A stretch of 64,000 nucleotides of DNA from Alphaproteobacteria bacterium (GCA_028285305.1 JANQPV010000037.1:4724-68723); one strand, 5' to 3'. Numbered from the stretch's first letter, positions 19,300-32,680 are shown. Translations and numbers: made by a program. The notes: generated by a model not told the origin, from the letters alone.

Positions 19300-20172
19300 A
19301 TGTGGAAAGTCCAGCTTAAGTCTTCGAAAGAGCACTGCGCGAGTGATGTGGAGCGTTTGGAGAACGCCATCTTCCCTGAGTGCGTCGCGGTAACCTGGCA
19401 AGAACAACGCGAAATCCAACAAAATCAAGATTGGCTAATTGAGGCGTTGTACGCGGATGAACCGGACGCCGCTGATCTTGCTCCCTTATTGTCCGCCTCA
19501 GATGCGTCGGACATTCAGATCGAAAAAGTTCCTGACGTTGATTGGGTTGCGGAAAATCAAAGGACCTTCCAGCCCTTGCGAGTCGGCCGCTTTTTGGTAG
19601 CAGATCATCAGCACATGAATGAGATCGGCTCCGGAGAAACCCTCATCCTCGTCGATGCAGGTGCCGCTTTTGGGACCGGACATCATGGAACGACCCTGGG
19701 ATGCTTAGAGGCCCTTGTCGCGCTCGCCAAGCTTGACCGGCCCAACCGCATTCTCGATTTGGGCACGGGTTCTGGGATCTTGGCGATCGCTTCAGCTAAA
19801 CTGTGGCGCGCACCGGTTCTCGCCACCGATCTTGATCCCGTCGCCGTATGTGTCGCAACCGAAAACGCGAGGGTAAACGACGTTGCCTCTCTGATCAGGA
19901 CCGCACGCGCAAACGGCTTTCGACATCGGGTGATCATGCAGAGCGCCCCCTTTGATCTCATCGTCGCAAATATCTTGGCACGCCCCCTCTGCCAGCTGGC
20001 GGCCGCGTTTCCGCGCCACCTTTCCAGCAGGGGCCAAGTCATCTTGTCCGGCCTTGTGATCGACCAAGAACCAATGGTTTTGAGCGCGTTTCGGTCTGCG
20101 GGGCTCTTTCTGGACTCGAGGATCCGCTCCGAGGAGTGGTCCACACTCATCTTGAGCAGAACCCGCCATTGA
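19300..20172 (+). CDS. prmA: Ribosomal protein L11 methyltransferase
   Basis: Motifs DWVAEN, AFGTGHHGTT, LDLGTGSGILAI, VANILA, ILSG. Confidence 0.93.
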   Translation: MWKVQLKSSKEHCASDVERLENAIFPECVAVTWQEQREIQQNQDWLIEALYADEPDAADLAPLLSASDASDIQIEKVPDVDWVAENQRTFQPLRVGRFLVADHQHMNEIGSGETLILVDAGAAFGTGHHGTTLGCLEALVALAKLDRPNRILDLGTGSGILAIASAKLWRAPVLATDLDPVAVCVATENARVNDVASLIRTARANGFRHRVIMQSAPFDLIVANILARPLCQLAAAFPRHLSSRGQVILSGLVIDQEPMVLSAFRSAGLFLDSRIRSEEWSTLILSRTRH

Positions 20173-20203
20173 TCCGCCCGAAGCAACGGACTACATAATT
20201 TCC

Positions 20204-22018
20204 ATGTTTCAGACATTCGAAGACACCAGTGACAAAAGCCAATCAGCGCCGCGCATCGCTTCGCTCAGAGCCGTTTTGAAAGAGGCAGGCGTAGATGCCT
20301 TCGTCGTTCCCCATACAGACGAGTACCAGAACGAGTACTTGCCCCCACGGGCCGAGCGCCTTTCTTGGCTGACCGGGTTCACCGGGTCGGCCGGAACGGC
20401 CATCGTCACACAATCGGACGCGGTCATCTTCGTCGATGGCCGCTATACCCTTCAAGTGAAAGACCAGGTCGATCTCTCCGTCGTCACCCCGTTGGCGATA
20501 ATGGAAATCCTCCCTGATGCCTGGATTCGTGAAAAACTACAGAAGGGCGAGCGGTTCGGCTTTGATCCTTGGCTCCATTCACCGGCAGGCGTCAAAACAC
20601 TGGAGGCGGCGTGCGAGAAGGTGGGCGGCGAATTGGTTTCTCTCCAGATCAATCCGGTGGATACCATTTGGGAGGATCAACCCCCTGCCCCCTGTACGCC
20701 GCTCCAAATCCACCCGGAGGAATTTGCCGGCAAGACGGCTGAAGAAAAGCGAAAGGAAATATCGGAAAAGCTCTCGTCCGACAAGGTGACGAGTGTGGTG
20801 CTTACGAAACCGGAATCAATCGCCTGGCTTCTCAACATCAGGGGCACCGACGTACTGCACACCCCCTTACCTCTCTGCTTTGCGATTCTACACGCGACAG
20901 GCCGCGTGGACTTGTTCGTCGACTTGGAGAAGCTCACGGACGAAGTCGCCGAACATCTGGGTCCGGACGTCACAATTGTCTCCCAGGGATCGTTTTCAGA
21001 TCATCTGGCCGCCATCGGCAAAGAGGCCACCATTCAAGTGGACCCCAGCACGGTGCCATACGAGGTGGTCCGTGTCCTGAAAGAAACGGGATGCACCGTC
21101 AAAGAGGAGAGCGATCCCTGCACGCTGCCAAAAGCACGCAAAAACGAAACGGAGTTGGCGGGCACCAGAGAGGCCCACATCCGTGACGGGGCAGCCCTGA
21201 CCCGCTTTCTCTTTTGGCTTGGCAAAGAAGGCCCTAAAGGGACCGTTGATGAAATCGCCGCGGCGAAAAAGCTTGAGTCCCTTCGGGCGGAGACCAATCA
21301 GCTCAAAGATCTAAGCTTCGACACCATTTCGGGGGCCGGCCCCAACGGCGCTGTTGTGCACTACCGCGTAACCGAAGAAACGAACCGGCCTCTGAAGTCG
21401 GGTGAACTCTATCTCGTTGATTCCGGCGGCCAATACTTGGACGGCACCACCGATGTGACCCGGACTGTTGCCATTGGCGTGCCGACGGATGAAATGCGAA
21501 ACCGCTTTACCCGGGTTCTCAAGGGCCATATTGCCCTCGCCCGGGCCCGGTTTCCGAAAGGCACGTCTGGCGCAAATCTGGATGTGCTCGCTCGGGCTGC
21601 CCTTTGGGAAGCCGGACTTGATTTCGATCACGGCACCGGCCACGGGGTGGGCTCTTATCTCGGTGTCCACGAGGGCCCCCAAGGCATTTCGAAACGCTCT
21701 CACACGCCCCTTGAGCCTGGCATGATCGTCTCCAATGAACCGGGCTATTACAAAGAAGGCGAGTTCGGGATTCGAATCGAAAACCTTATTGTTGTGACAC
21801 CTTTAGAAGACGTGGCCGACGGTGAACGCCCCATGATGGGCTTTGAGACCATCACCCTCGCCCCCATCGATCTGGCCCTCGTCGATCCGACACTGATGAC
21901 GGCGGACGAAATCACCTGGCTCAATGCCTATCACACAAGGGTGAGGGAAACGCTCTCACCCAAAGTTGACGACACGACAAAGGCCTGGTTGGAAGAGGCG
22001 ACGCGCACCATATCGTAG
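20204..22018 (+). CDS. pepP: Xaa-Pro aminopeptidase (M24, aminopeptidase P)
   Basis: Motifs LTGFTGSAG, DGRY, DSGGQYLDGTTDVTRT, HGTGHGVG, HEGP, SNEPGYY, GIRIEN. Confidence 0.95.
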   Translation: MFQTFEDTSDKSQSAPRIASLRAVLKEAGVDAFVVPHTDEYQNEYLPPRAERLSWLTGFTGSAGTAIVTQSDAVIFVDGRYTLQVKDQVDLSVVTPLAIMEILPDAWIREKLQKGERFGFDPWLHSPAGVKTLEAACEKVGGELVSLQINPVDTIWEDQPPAPCTPLQIHPEEFAGKTAEEKRKEISEKLSSDKVTSVVLTKPESIAWLLNIRGTDVLHTPLPLCFAILHATGRVDLFVDLEKLTDEVAEHLGPDVTIVSQGSFSDHLAAIGKEATIQVDPSTVPYEVVRVLKETGCTVKEESDPCTLPKARKNETELAGTREAHIRDGAALTRFLFWLGKEGPKGTVDEIAAAKKLESLRAETNQLKDLSFDTISGAGPNGAVVHYRVTEETNRPLKSGELYLVDSGGQYLDGTTDVTRTVAIGVPTDEMRNRFTRVLKGHIALARARFPKGTSGANLDVLARAALWEAGLDFDHGTGHGVGSYLGVHEGPQGISKRSHTPLEPGMIVSNEPGYYKEGEFGIRIENLIVVTPLEDVADGERPMMGFETITLAPIDLALVDPTLMTADEITWLNAYHTRVRETLSPKVDDTTKAWLEEATRTIS

Positions 22019-22133
22019 GGCCCGACCGCCATCGCGAGCCACTGAAAGGGGCGCGGCGATGCAAAGACTATAATGTCAAGAGTAAGTTGGCCTGGATTGC
22101 TTCGTCGCGCAAGATCTTCTCACCACGACAAAG

Positions 22134-23807
22134 TCACGCCTTCTGCATCTTACCCCAGGTGTCTCGTAAGCCCACGGTGCGATTGACCACAAGCCGCTTG
22201 CCATCCGTGTCGGGATCAACGGAGAAGTAGCCGGTCCGCTCGAATTGGAACACTTCGCCGGGCGCCGCATTGAAAAGAGATTGCTCAGCGATGCCTTCCA
22301 TTACCACTTCAAGCGAATTGGGATTAAGGTCGTCGAGCACCTCGCCGCTTTTGCCGGGCTCTGCCTCACGGAACAAATGATCGTAGAGCCGCGCCTCGAA
22401 CGGAATGCCGTGTTCAGCCGACACCCAATGGATGACGCCTTTCACCTTACGCCCGTCGGATGTCTTACCCCCTTTGGACTCCGGATCGTAGGTACACCGC
22501 AACTCGGTCACCTCTCCGTTCGCATCTTTTACAATCTCCGCACAGGTAATCGCATAGGCAAAGCGCAATCGGACTTCCCGGCCTGGTCCCAATCGAAAGA
22601 ACTTCTTGGGCGGATCTTCCATGAAGTCGTCACGATCCACATAAATCACACGACTAAAAGGAACCTTGCGTGTCCCTGCATCCTCGACCGCCGGATTGTT
22701 CTTTGCTTCAAACTCTTCCACCTGGCCTTCGGGATAGTTTTCAATGACCACTTTCAGGGGGTTCAAAACCGCCATGCGGCGCTCGGCATGGGTGTTGAGA
22801 TATTCTCGGATACAAAACTCCAGCATCTCAATCTCAACCGTACCCTTGTTTTTGCCGATCGCCAGACGGCTGACAAAATCGCGAACTGCACCCGGCGGCA
22901 CGCCGCGCCTGCGCAATCCGGAGATGGTCGGCATGCGGGGATCATCCCAGCCCTTTACATGGCCTTCTTGGACCAATTGGATAAGCTTGCGTTTAGAAAG
23001 CACCGTATGGGTGAGCTCCAGCCGCGAAAACTCGTACTGCTTGGGTTCACTCGGAACCGGCAACTTTTCGATGAACCAATCATAGAGCGGCCGGTGGTCT
23101 TCAAATTCGAGAGTACAGAGCGAATGTGTTATCTCTTCAATGGCATCCGATTGGCCATGAGCAAAATCATATGTCGGGTAGATGCACCACGCATTGCCGG
23201 TGCGCGGGTGCTCTGCCCGCAAAATGCGGTAAAGAACCGGGTCCCGCAGATTGATATTGCCGGACGCCATATCGATCTTGGCCCGAAGCACTTTGGCGCC
23301 GTCGTCGAAATCGCCCGCACGCATCTGTTCGAACAGGGCTCGGTTTTCGTCTATGGACCTGTCACGATGCGGACTGTTCCGACCTGGTTCCGTTAACGTC
23401 CCCCGAAACTCCCGCATTTCCTCTGCGCTCAAATCGTCAACGTACGCTAAACCTTCATCGATCAGATACAGCGCCCATTCGTAAAGCTGTTCGAAATAGT
23501 CCGACGCATAGTAGAGATGCTCGCCCCAGTCGAAGCCCAGCCACGACACATCCCGTTTGATCGACTCAATGTATTCGAGCTCTTCTTTGGCCGGGTTCGT
23601 GTCGTCAAACCGTAGGTGACATCGACCGCTAAACTCGTCGGCGATGCCAAAATTTAGGCAGATCGATTTGGCGTGACCGATATGGAGATAGCCATTGGGC
23701 TCAGGCGGAAAGCGCGTAATGACGCTCCGATTGGTCCCAGTCTCCAAATAGGAGCGGATTGCCGTGCGAATAAAGTCCTGGCCGGTTGGTTCAGTGGTCT
23801 CTGACAC
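22134..23807 (-). CDS. glnS: Glutamine--tRNA ligase
   Basis: Motifs TRFPPEPNGYLHIGHAK, LRFDDTNP, YPTYDFAH, LSKRKL, GWDDPRMPT, KVKGVIHWVS, FQFERTGYF. Confidence 0.97.
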   Translation of the reverse strand: MSETTEPTGQDFIRTAIRSYLETGTNRSVITRFPPEPNGYLHIGHAKSICLNFGIADEFSGRCHLRFDDTNPAKEELEYIESIKRDVSWLGFDWGEHLYYASDYFEQLYEWALYLIDEGLAYVDDLSAEEMREFRGTLTEPGRNSPHRDRSIDENRALFEQMRAGDFDDGAKVLRAKIDMASGNINLRDPVLYRILRAEHPRTGNAWCIYPTYDFAHGQSDAIEEITHSLCTLEFEDHRPLYDWFIEKLPVPSEPKQYEFSRLELTHTVLSKRKLIQLVQEGHVKGWDDPRMPTISGLRRRGVPPGAVRDFVSRLAIGKNKGTVEIEMLEFCIREYLNTHAERRMAVLNPLKVVIENYPEGQVEEFEAKNNPAVEDAGTRKVPFSRVIYVDRDDFMEDPPKKFFRLGPGREVRLRFAYAITCAEIVKDANGEVTELRCTYDPESKGGKTSDGRKVKGVIHWVSAEHGIPFEARLYDHLFREAEPGKSGEVLDDLNPNSLEVVMEGIAEQSLFNAAPGEVFQFERTGYFSVDPDTDGKRLVVNRTVGLRDTWGKMQKA

Positions 23808-24280
23808 CCTAGGATCTCACTTGAAAATAAGGTATTCGAATCTAAAGGGCAAATTAGGGGTCTACGGCCTACTGTCAATTGCTGTCTTGCCGCTAGAGAT
23901 CGCATCACAAATCTAGGAACTACTCGCTAGCCCACCAAGCTGATATGAGAAAGCCAGATTCTTCTATGCGTCTGTTGTGCGCCATGACGACCATCTTGTG
24001 CTCCGCAATCCAATCTTGTGAAGTTGTTCGGAGGCTATCTATCCGAACCCTGCACTTTAGGACATCGTTCAGGGCCCCATGCGACGAAGAATCGTCCTCG
24101 TTCGTATTCGTCGGCAAATTGCGTGCCTTCTCGGGCATAAAAAATACCGATGCTCCACATTGGTCACATGTACTCTAGCCTGAGGTCATACGAACAATCA
24201 ACGTATCTCATCGCACTTCACTATTCTCGAATAGGAATTCACAAACACGAAGGACAGTCCATCCACCTTGCTCAATGGGG

Positions 24281-24664
24281 TTAGTTCGCCTCGACCTTGG
24301 GCGGGCGCAACGAGTGAATATAGGCGATCACATCCGCCTGGTCCTGGGCCGAAAGCACATAATTCGGCATCCTGTCGTGGTGGGAGTTGAGAAACACCGT
24401 CAGACCCAACTCTGTATACGTCGGGTTATCTGCAATGATCGTAAACGAAGGCGCACCTGTCGCCGGTGTGACGGCATAATCTCCTTTAATGGCATGACAG
24501 ACAGCGCAAGCCTCTTCACTTAACCGCCGCCCCTCTTCCACACGGCCAGAGACAATAGAGACCACTTCTTCGTTGTCATCAGAAGGACCGCAGGCCACCA
24601 ACAGAAAAAGGACTGCGCTCAATCCTGCGAGAGTGCGCACACGGCAGCTTCCGTTCGTCATCAT
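24281..24664 (-). CDS. Small monoheme c-type cytochrome, putative lipoprotein (CycS-like)
   Basis: Lipobox-like LLVAC, heme motif CAVCH, APSF, distal Met in RMP, VIAYIHSLR. Confidence 0.88.
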   Translation of the reverse strand: MMTNGSCRVRTLAGLSAVLFLLVACGPSDDNEEVVSIVSGRVEEGRRLSEEACAVCHAIKGDYAVTPATGAPSFTIIADNPTYTELGLTVFLNSHHDRMPNYVLSAQDQADVIAYIHSLRPPKVEAN

Positions 24665-24678
24665 AGCTCCCTTTCGAT

Positions 24679-25167
24679 TTACCTGAGCTTTTCGTCCGCC
24701 TGCGTGCCCTTGGCATAGGTCTCATAAATGATAACGGGGATCTTCAGATCGCCCAGCTCACCCGCGATCAAAGGCTCGACCTCGCTCCAATCCAAGCCGC
24801 CAACTCCCGTTGCCAACCGAGGCAATGCGAGAGAGGAAATAGCTTCTTTTTCAAGAATTTTGCGCATCTCCTTCAGAGCCGACTTCACGTTGTGCGCCGT
24901 GGCTTTGCCCGGGTGGCTGCCTTCGTTCGGTGCCGGCTCTTGCGTCATGAGATTTATAACTACCCGTTCCGGGCCAGCCCAAAGCCAGGCTTCGCCGGCT
25001 GAAGGATTATGCAGTCGGCAGTAATGCCGGAAATCTTTCGCCATCGCCGGATGCTGCTCCCGCAGCGCAAGGGCAAGGCCTTGATTGAAGTGGTCATGAG
25101 GTGCAACCCCATGGGCAATCGCTTGAGCCCCACTCAATAGAATGTCGCCGCGGACTTTTGTGATCAT
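24679..25167 (-). CDS. Stand-alone macrodomain protein (Poa1p/TARG1/DarG-like)
   Basis: GDIL, AIAHGV, GLALAL, INLMTQ, SLALPRLATGVGGLDWSEV; RBS GAGGAGG. Confidence 0.9.
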   Translation of the reverse strand: MITKVRGDILLSGAQAIAHGVAPHDHFNQGLALALREQHPAMAKDFRHYCRLHNPSAGEAWLWAGPERVVINLMTQEPAPNEGSHPGKATAHNVKSALKEMRKILEKEAISSLALPRLATGVGGLDWSEVEPLIAGELGDLKIPVIIYETYAKGTQADEKLR

Positions 25168-25226
25168 CAAAATGCCTCCTCAGTAAAATGACGGTTTCAC
25201 TGTGAAAGCGCAGCTCCCCCGCTTCT

Positions 25227-25240
25227 TTGATCTACCGCAA
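25227..25240 (-). promoter_or_regulatory. FNR/FixK box upstream of the macrodomain gene
   Basis: TTGCGGTAGATCAA on the minus strand matches TTG(A/C)-N6-(T/G)CAA. Confidence 0.7.
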
Positions 25241-25283
25241 TTGGCGGATTAAACAAGAACATTCCGTGTTGCCAAAACACACA

Positions 25284-25793
25284 TCAGGGATTGAGAAAAT
25301 CCTGCGCATCAAAGTCCACGGGCTCGTCAAGTAGCCATTCGTTGATCAGCTCAGGAATTTCGTCTTCGGTAAAGTCCTTTTGTTCCTCGGGGTCCGACAC
25401 AAAAGCGGCGAGATCCGCAATCTCTTGGCCGTTCAAGTCGATCTTGTAGCCCAGTTCCATACTCTGCAGGACGATCATCATATCGGCACCGCGCCACATG
25501 CGCGCGGTAAACTCCATGAGGTCAATATACTGCTCGTCTGCCTCAGCATCGAGCTCGGGAGCGGCCTTTCCGCCTGCCCCGTTGATGGAATGACAAACAA
25601 CACAAGCCTTATCCACAAAGAGTTTCCGTCCTCTCTTTGAATCGACTTGGGGAACAACGATTTTCGGAGAGTCGGAGTAATCTCCCTGGTCAGCAGCATT
25701 TGCCATGCCGATGGCAAACCATATCGCCGCACACATGAGGACACCGCTGATTTGAATGAAACGCCAAAGCTTATCTTGCGCTGCTACCCGCAT
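25284..25793 (-). CDS. Monoheme c-type cytochrome
   Basis: Signal/TM segment, GRKLFVDKACVVCH, APEL, RMW, EIADLAAF. RBS GAGGGG supports ATG 25793. Confidence 0.88.
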   Translation of the reverse strand: MRVAAQDKLWRFIQISGVLMCAAIWFAIGMANAADQGDYSDSPKIVVPQVDSKRGRKLFVDKACVVCHSINGAGGKAAPELDAEADEQYIDLMEFTARMWRGADMMIVLQSMELGYKIDLNGQEIADLAAFVSDPEEQKDFTEDEIPELINEWLLDEPVDFDAQDFLNP

Positions 25794-25858
25794 AAGGATT
25801 CCCCTCGTAGAATACACGTAATGACGGGGGAACTTTACACTGATAGATGAAGAGAAGG

Positions 25859-25872
25859 TTGACCGAGATCAA
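25859..25872 (-). promoter_or_regulatory. FNR/FixK box, class II promoter
   Basis: TTGATCTCGGTCAA, with a -10-like TAAAGT at 25837-25832; spacing fits a box centred near -41.5. Confidence 0.8.
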
Positions 25873-25880
25873 TTGACGGC

Positions 25881-29704
<3,824 letters not shown>

Positions 29705-29787
29705 AAGGCGGGCTGCGTTTCGTTTTTGACCGGACACGCACGATTTGGGCGATGCTGGGCCACAACGCCGTTCATGCTTGCAGTCTA

Positions 29788-29802
29788 GAACGATTTATGT
29801 TC
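29788..29802. promoter_or_regulatory. Possible alphaproteobacterial LexA box variant upstream of recN
   Basis: GAAC-GATTTAT-GTTC; the canonical box is GAAC-N7-GAAC or GAAC-N7-GTAC. Confidence 0.35.
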
Positions 29803-29847
29803 GCCCGCAACTTACTTGAAACGCGGCAAGTACACTGTCGATACGGA

Positions 29848-30651
29848 CTAAAACACGCGCTCGAAGGCGCGGCTAATCCAAGACTCCTCGGCTGCGCGCG
29901 GTTCCAAATTTTGCGCTACGAGCAGCTTGTAAGAGTCTTGATACCACCGGCTGCCCGGGAAATTGTGGCCCAAGACCGCCGCTGTTGCCTGTGCCTCTCT
30001 CTCAATCCCCATGGCCATGTAAGCCTCAGACAAACGGTGGAGCGCTTCGGGCACATGTGTCGTGGTTTGGTATTCCTCGATCACAGTTCGAAATCTATTG
30101 ATGGCGGCAATGAATTCATTTTGGTTCAGATAATACCGGCCGACATCCATCTCTTTCCCGGCCAGATGGTCGCGGGTCATATCAATTTTGAGCCGAGCAT
30201 CTCGCGCATATTCGGACTGGGGGTACCGACGAACAACTTCACGGAGACCATCCAGTGCGTTCTTTGTGATCTCCTGATCTCGTCCCACATCCCGAATCCG
30301 TTCGTAGTAACTGATCGCCTTCAGATAGTAGGCATAAGGCGCATCCTTATTGCCCGGATGGAGAGCGATGAACCGCTCAGCCGCCAAAATCGCTTCATCA
30401 TACTTGTTGATCTGATAGTTCGCGAAAGCGGACATCAGCATCGATCGCCGCGCCCAAACAGAATAAGGATGCTGACGTTCGACCTCGTCAAAAAACTGGA
30501 TCGCCAGACGATATTGCTTTTCGGACATGTAATCGAGCGCGGTATTGTAGAGCGCCTCAACGGGACGTTCGACATATTCTATCTGCTGCGTGTTTCCCGA
30601 ACATCCGGACAATGCGAGCGCGCAAACCATCGCAAACGCGGCTACTCTCAT
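29848..30651 (-). CDS. bamD: Outer membrane protein assembly factor BamD
   Basis: Lipobox LSGC, VERQHPYS.WA, RDQ, YP.SEYA.DA, EMDVGRYY, AAINRF, PEALHRL; lpxC-bamD-recN synteny. Confidence 0.96.
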   Translation of the reverse strand: MRVAAFAMVCALALSGCSGNTQQIEYVERPVEALYNTALDYMSEKQYRLAIQFFDEVERQHPYSVWARRSMLMSAFANYQINKYDEAILAAERFIALHPGNKDAPYAYYLKAISYYERIRDVGRDQEITKNALDGLREVVRRYPQSEYARDARLKIDMTRDHLAGKEMDVGRYYLNQNEFIAAINRFRTVIEEYQTTTHVPEALHRLSEAYMAMGIEREAQATAAVLGHNFPGSRWYQDSYKLLVAQNLEPRAAEESWISRAFERVF

Positions 30652-30991
30652 CTTCTAGTTCCTTTTGTCGTGTGTATTCATCACCAAATCCGGTTGCATA
30701 TCTCACCGTGCGTATCTCGCCGATGGAACACCTTTTTGATCGAGTGCATCTAATCCACTGATCCAAGCATTTTTCGCGCCAATGAGCCGCCTGTTCATTA
30801 TAAAGATTCGATGTTGTCTTCGGACGGGGTTTTAGCCTACTTTTCTCCCTCATCCCAACATCAGTTGAGCGGACAAGTATTTACATCGCACAACTCGACC
30901 AATTCGCCGTTTCTTGGCACCAAATACTCAGTGAGAATTGTGGCCTGATTTGGGTTCAACAATCAACCGGGCTAAGGGTAAAGGGGTATAC

Positions 30992-31417
30992 ATGTCTGAA
31001 TTCGACCAAAGGCCTCTGCAAATGGATACACATCGAGACAGTGCGCACCGGGTGGATGAAATTGTCGGCGAGGAAATTCGCAAACGCCGCCTCCACCTGG
31101 GATTAACCCAAGAACAGCTCGCAAGAGTCTTGCGCGTCTCGTACCAACAGATTCAAAAGTACGAAACTGGAACAACAAGATTGTCTGCCGGCCGATTGTA
31201 TGAGATTTCCCGCCTTTTGGAATGTGACGTTAGTACATTTTTCGAGCGGGTCGATGCGGAACGAAACGGAGATATGGGGACGAGGGTAATCCCGGAAGCA
31301 AAAACCAAGAACACATCGGAATTGATTCAGAGCTACTCTCGCCTCCAAAATTCCGAAGTGCAAATTGCAATTCTGAACCTGATCCGTAGTCTGAATCACG
31401 CTCGCCGAAAGAGTTAA
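30992..31417 (+). CDS. XRE-family HTH transcriptional regulator
   Basis: VDEIVGEEIRKRRLHLGLTQEQLARVLRVSYQQIQKYETGTTRLSAGRLYEIS...FF. Confidence 0.92.
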   Translation: MSEFDQRPLQMDTHRDSAHRVDEIVGEEIRKRRLHLGLTQEQLARVLRVSYQQIQKYETGTTRLSAGRLYEISRLLECDVSTFFERVDAERNGDMGTRVIPEAKTKNTSELIQSYSRLQNSEVQIAILNLIRSLNHARRKS

Positions 31418-31490
31418 TCAACCAATCGGAAATGACTCAATCCGAGCGTGGGCGCAGAGTCTAGAGATCAGCGTGAGTAATCATCGGACT

Positions 31491-32480
31491 CTATGCAAGA
31501 GCGGCGCTTTGTTTGCCAGCAACAGCAACAGGCTGAAAGGCTCGGTCCGAAGGATGCAGTCCAGACCACTCCCAACAATCTTCCTGTGCAAACAATTCGC
31601 GAAGAAGCAAATTGTTCATACGATGGCCCGAGCATGTACCCTCGAAACGTCCCATAATCGGGTGTCCTGCCAAGGCCAAATCCCCAATCGCGTCGAGGGC
31701 CTTATGACGGACGAATTCGTCCTTGTATCTCAGAGCACCACTATTCAAAATCGTGTCCCCTTTGATCACAATGGCATTTTCCAATGAACTGCCCAACGCG
31801 CGTCCAGCCTGTTGCAATTTTTCAGCTTGCTCGAAAAATCCGAACGTTCTGGCTCGGCTCAAATTGTGCTTGAACGTATCCGAATTGACTTCGCACTCGA
31901 AGTATTGTCTGCCAATGATGGGATTGGCGAAATCGATTGTCATCGCAACCTCGAACCGGTCACTTGGATAAAGAGTCGCGCAAGCCTCTCCGTCCTCAAC
32001 CATAACAGGCCGGGTAACTCGAATTGACCGCCGTGCCGCCGATAGCTCTAGTCTTCCGGCGCATTCTATGAGGAACACATAGGGCGCCGAGCTGCCGTCC
32101 ATAACGGGAACCTCTCCCCCATCCAACTCTACAAGCACATTGTCAATTCCACATCCAACGAGAGCCGCCATAAGGTGCTCAATCGTTGAGACTTCGACAC
32201 CTGCAGCATTTCGAATCGTCGTCCCTAGCAGAGTATCACAAACAGCGTCATATGTTGCTTCCACCCTTTGAGACTGACGAGGAACATCGATTCGTTTGAA
32301 TACGACACCCGAGTTAGCTGGAGCCGGCCGCAAGCACATACGGACCTTCTTGCCGCTGTGAACACCGATTCCCGTACAAGAAATTTGGCTCTTGATGGTT
32401 GTTTGAAGGTGTGAAATCACCCGGTATCCCCCAATTCTTTCATCGCTCGAAGGCTGTGCGGTCCATTCAACCGAACTCAT
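31491..32480 (-). CDS. lpxC: UDP-3-O-acyl-N-acetylglucosamine deacetylase
   Basis: Motifs QTTI, GIGVHSG, TIEHL, MDGS, ARTFGF, RHKALDAIGDL, SGH. Start uncertain (32420, 32480 or 32504). Confidence 0.97.
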   Translation of the reverse strand: MSSVEWTAQPSSDERIGGYRVISHLQTTIKSQISCTGIGVHSGKKVRMCLRPAPANSGVVFKRIDVPRQSQRVEATYDAVCDTLLGTTIRNAAGVEVSTIEHLMAALVGCGIDNVLVELDGGEVPVMDGSSAPYVFLIECAGRLELSAARRSIRVTRPVMVEDGEACATLYPSDRFEVAMTIDFANPIIGRQYFECEVNSDTFKHNLSRARTFGFFEQAEKLQQAGRALGSSLENAIVIKGDTILNSGALRYKDEFVRHKALDAIGDLALAGHPIMGRFEGTCSGHRMNNLLLRELFAQEDCWEWSGLHPSDRAFQPVAVAGKQSAALA

Positions 32481-32680
32481 TAATCGCCGATCACCCAAAG
32501 ACAATTCCCCACCAGATATCTTGTTTTGCGATCATGCTCCGACGAGCCACTGAACAGAGTAAATAGTATCATTCGTTCTGCGACTTCAAATAAACGATTA
32601 TTTCCGAATGTTTCCTTGGAAAGTCCCCGTCTGATTGTTGAAACACTCCCGTTGAGCATTGAGCAAGACGGCCCGCACAC

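Noticed and set aside
22245-23396. 383-aa plus-strand ORF, and similar long ORFs at 17001-17852, 29752-30753, 33385-34335 and 36762-37523
   Set aside because: These are antisense shadows of glnS, uvrD, bamD, ftsZ and ddl, expected from GC-rich codon usage, and carry no recognisable motifs.
23920-24240. 72-aa minus-strand ORF with an upstream CDQC and protein-like fragments in other frames (possible pseudogene)
   Set aside because: An in-frame TAG lies just upstream, there is no clear RBS and no family was recognised; it cannot be supported without a BLASTx search.
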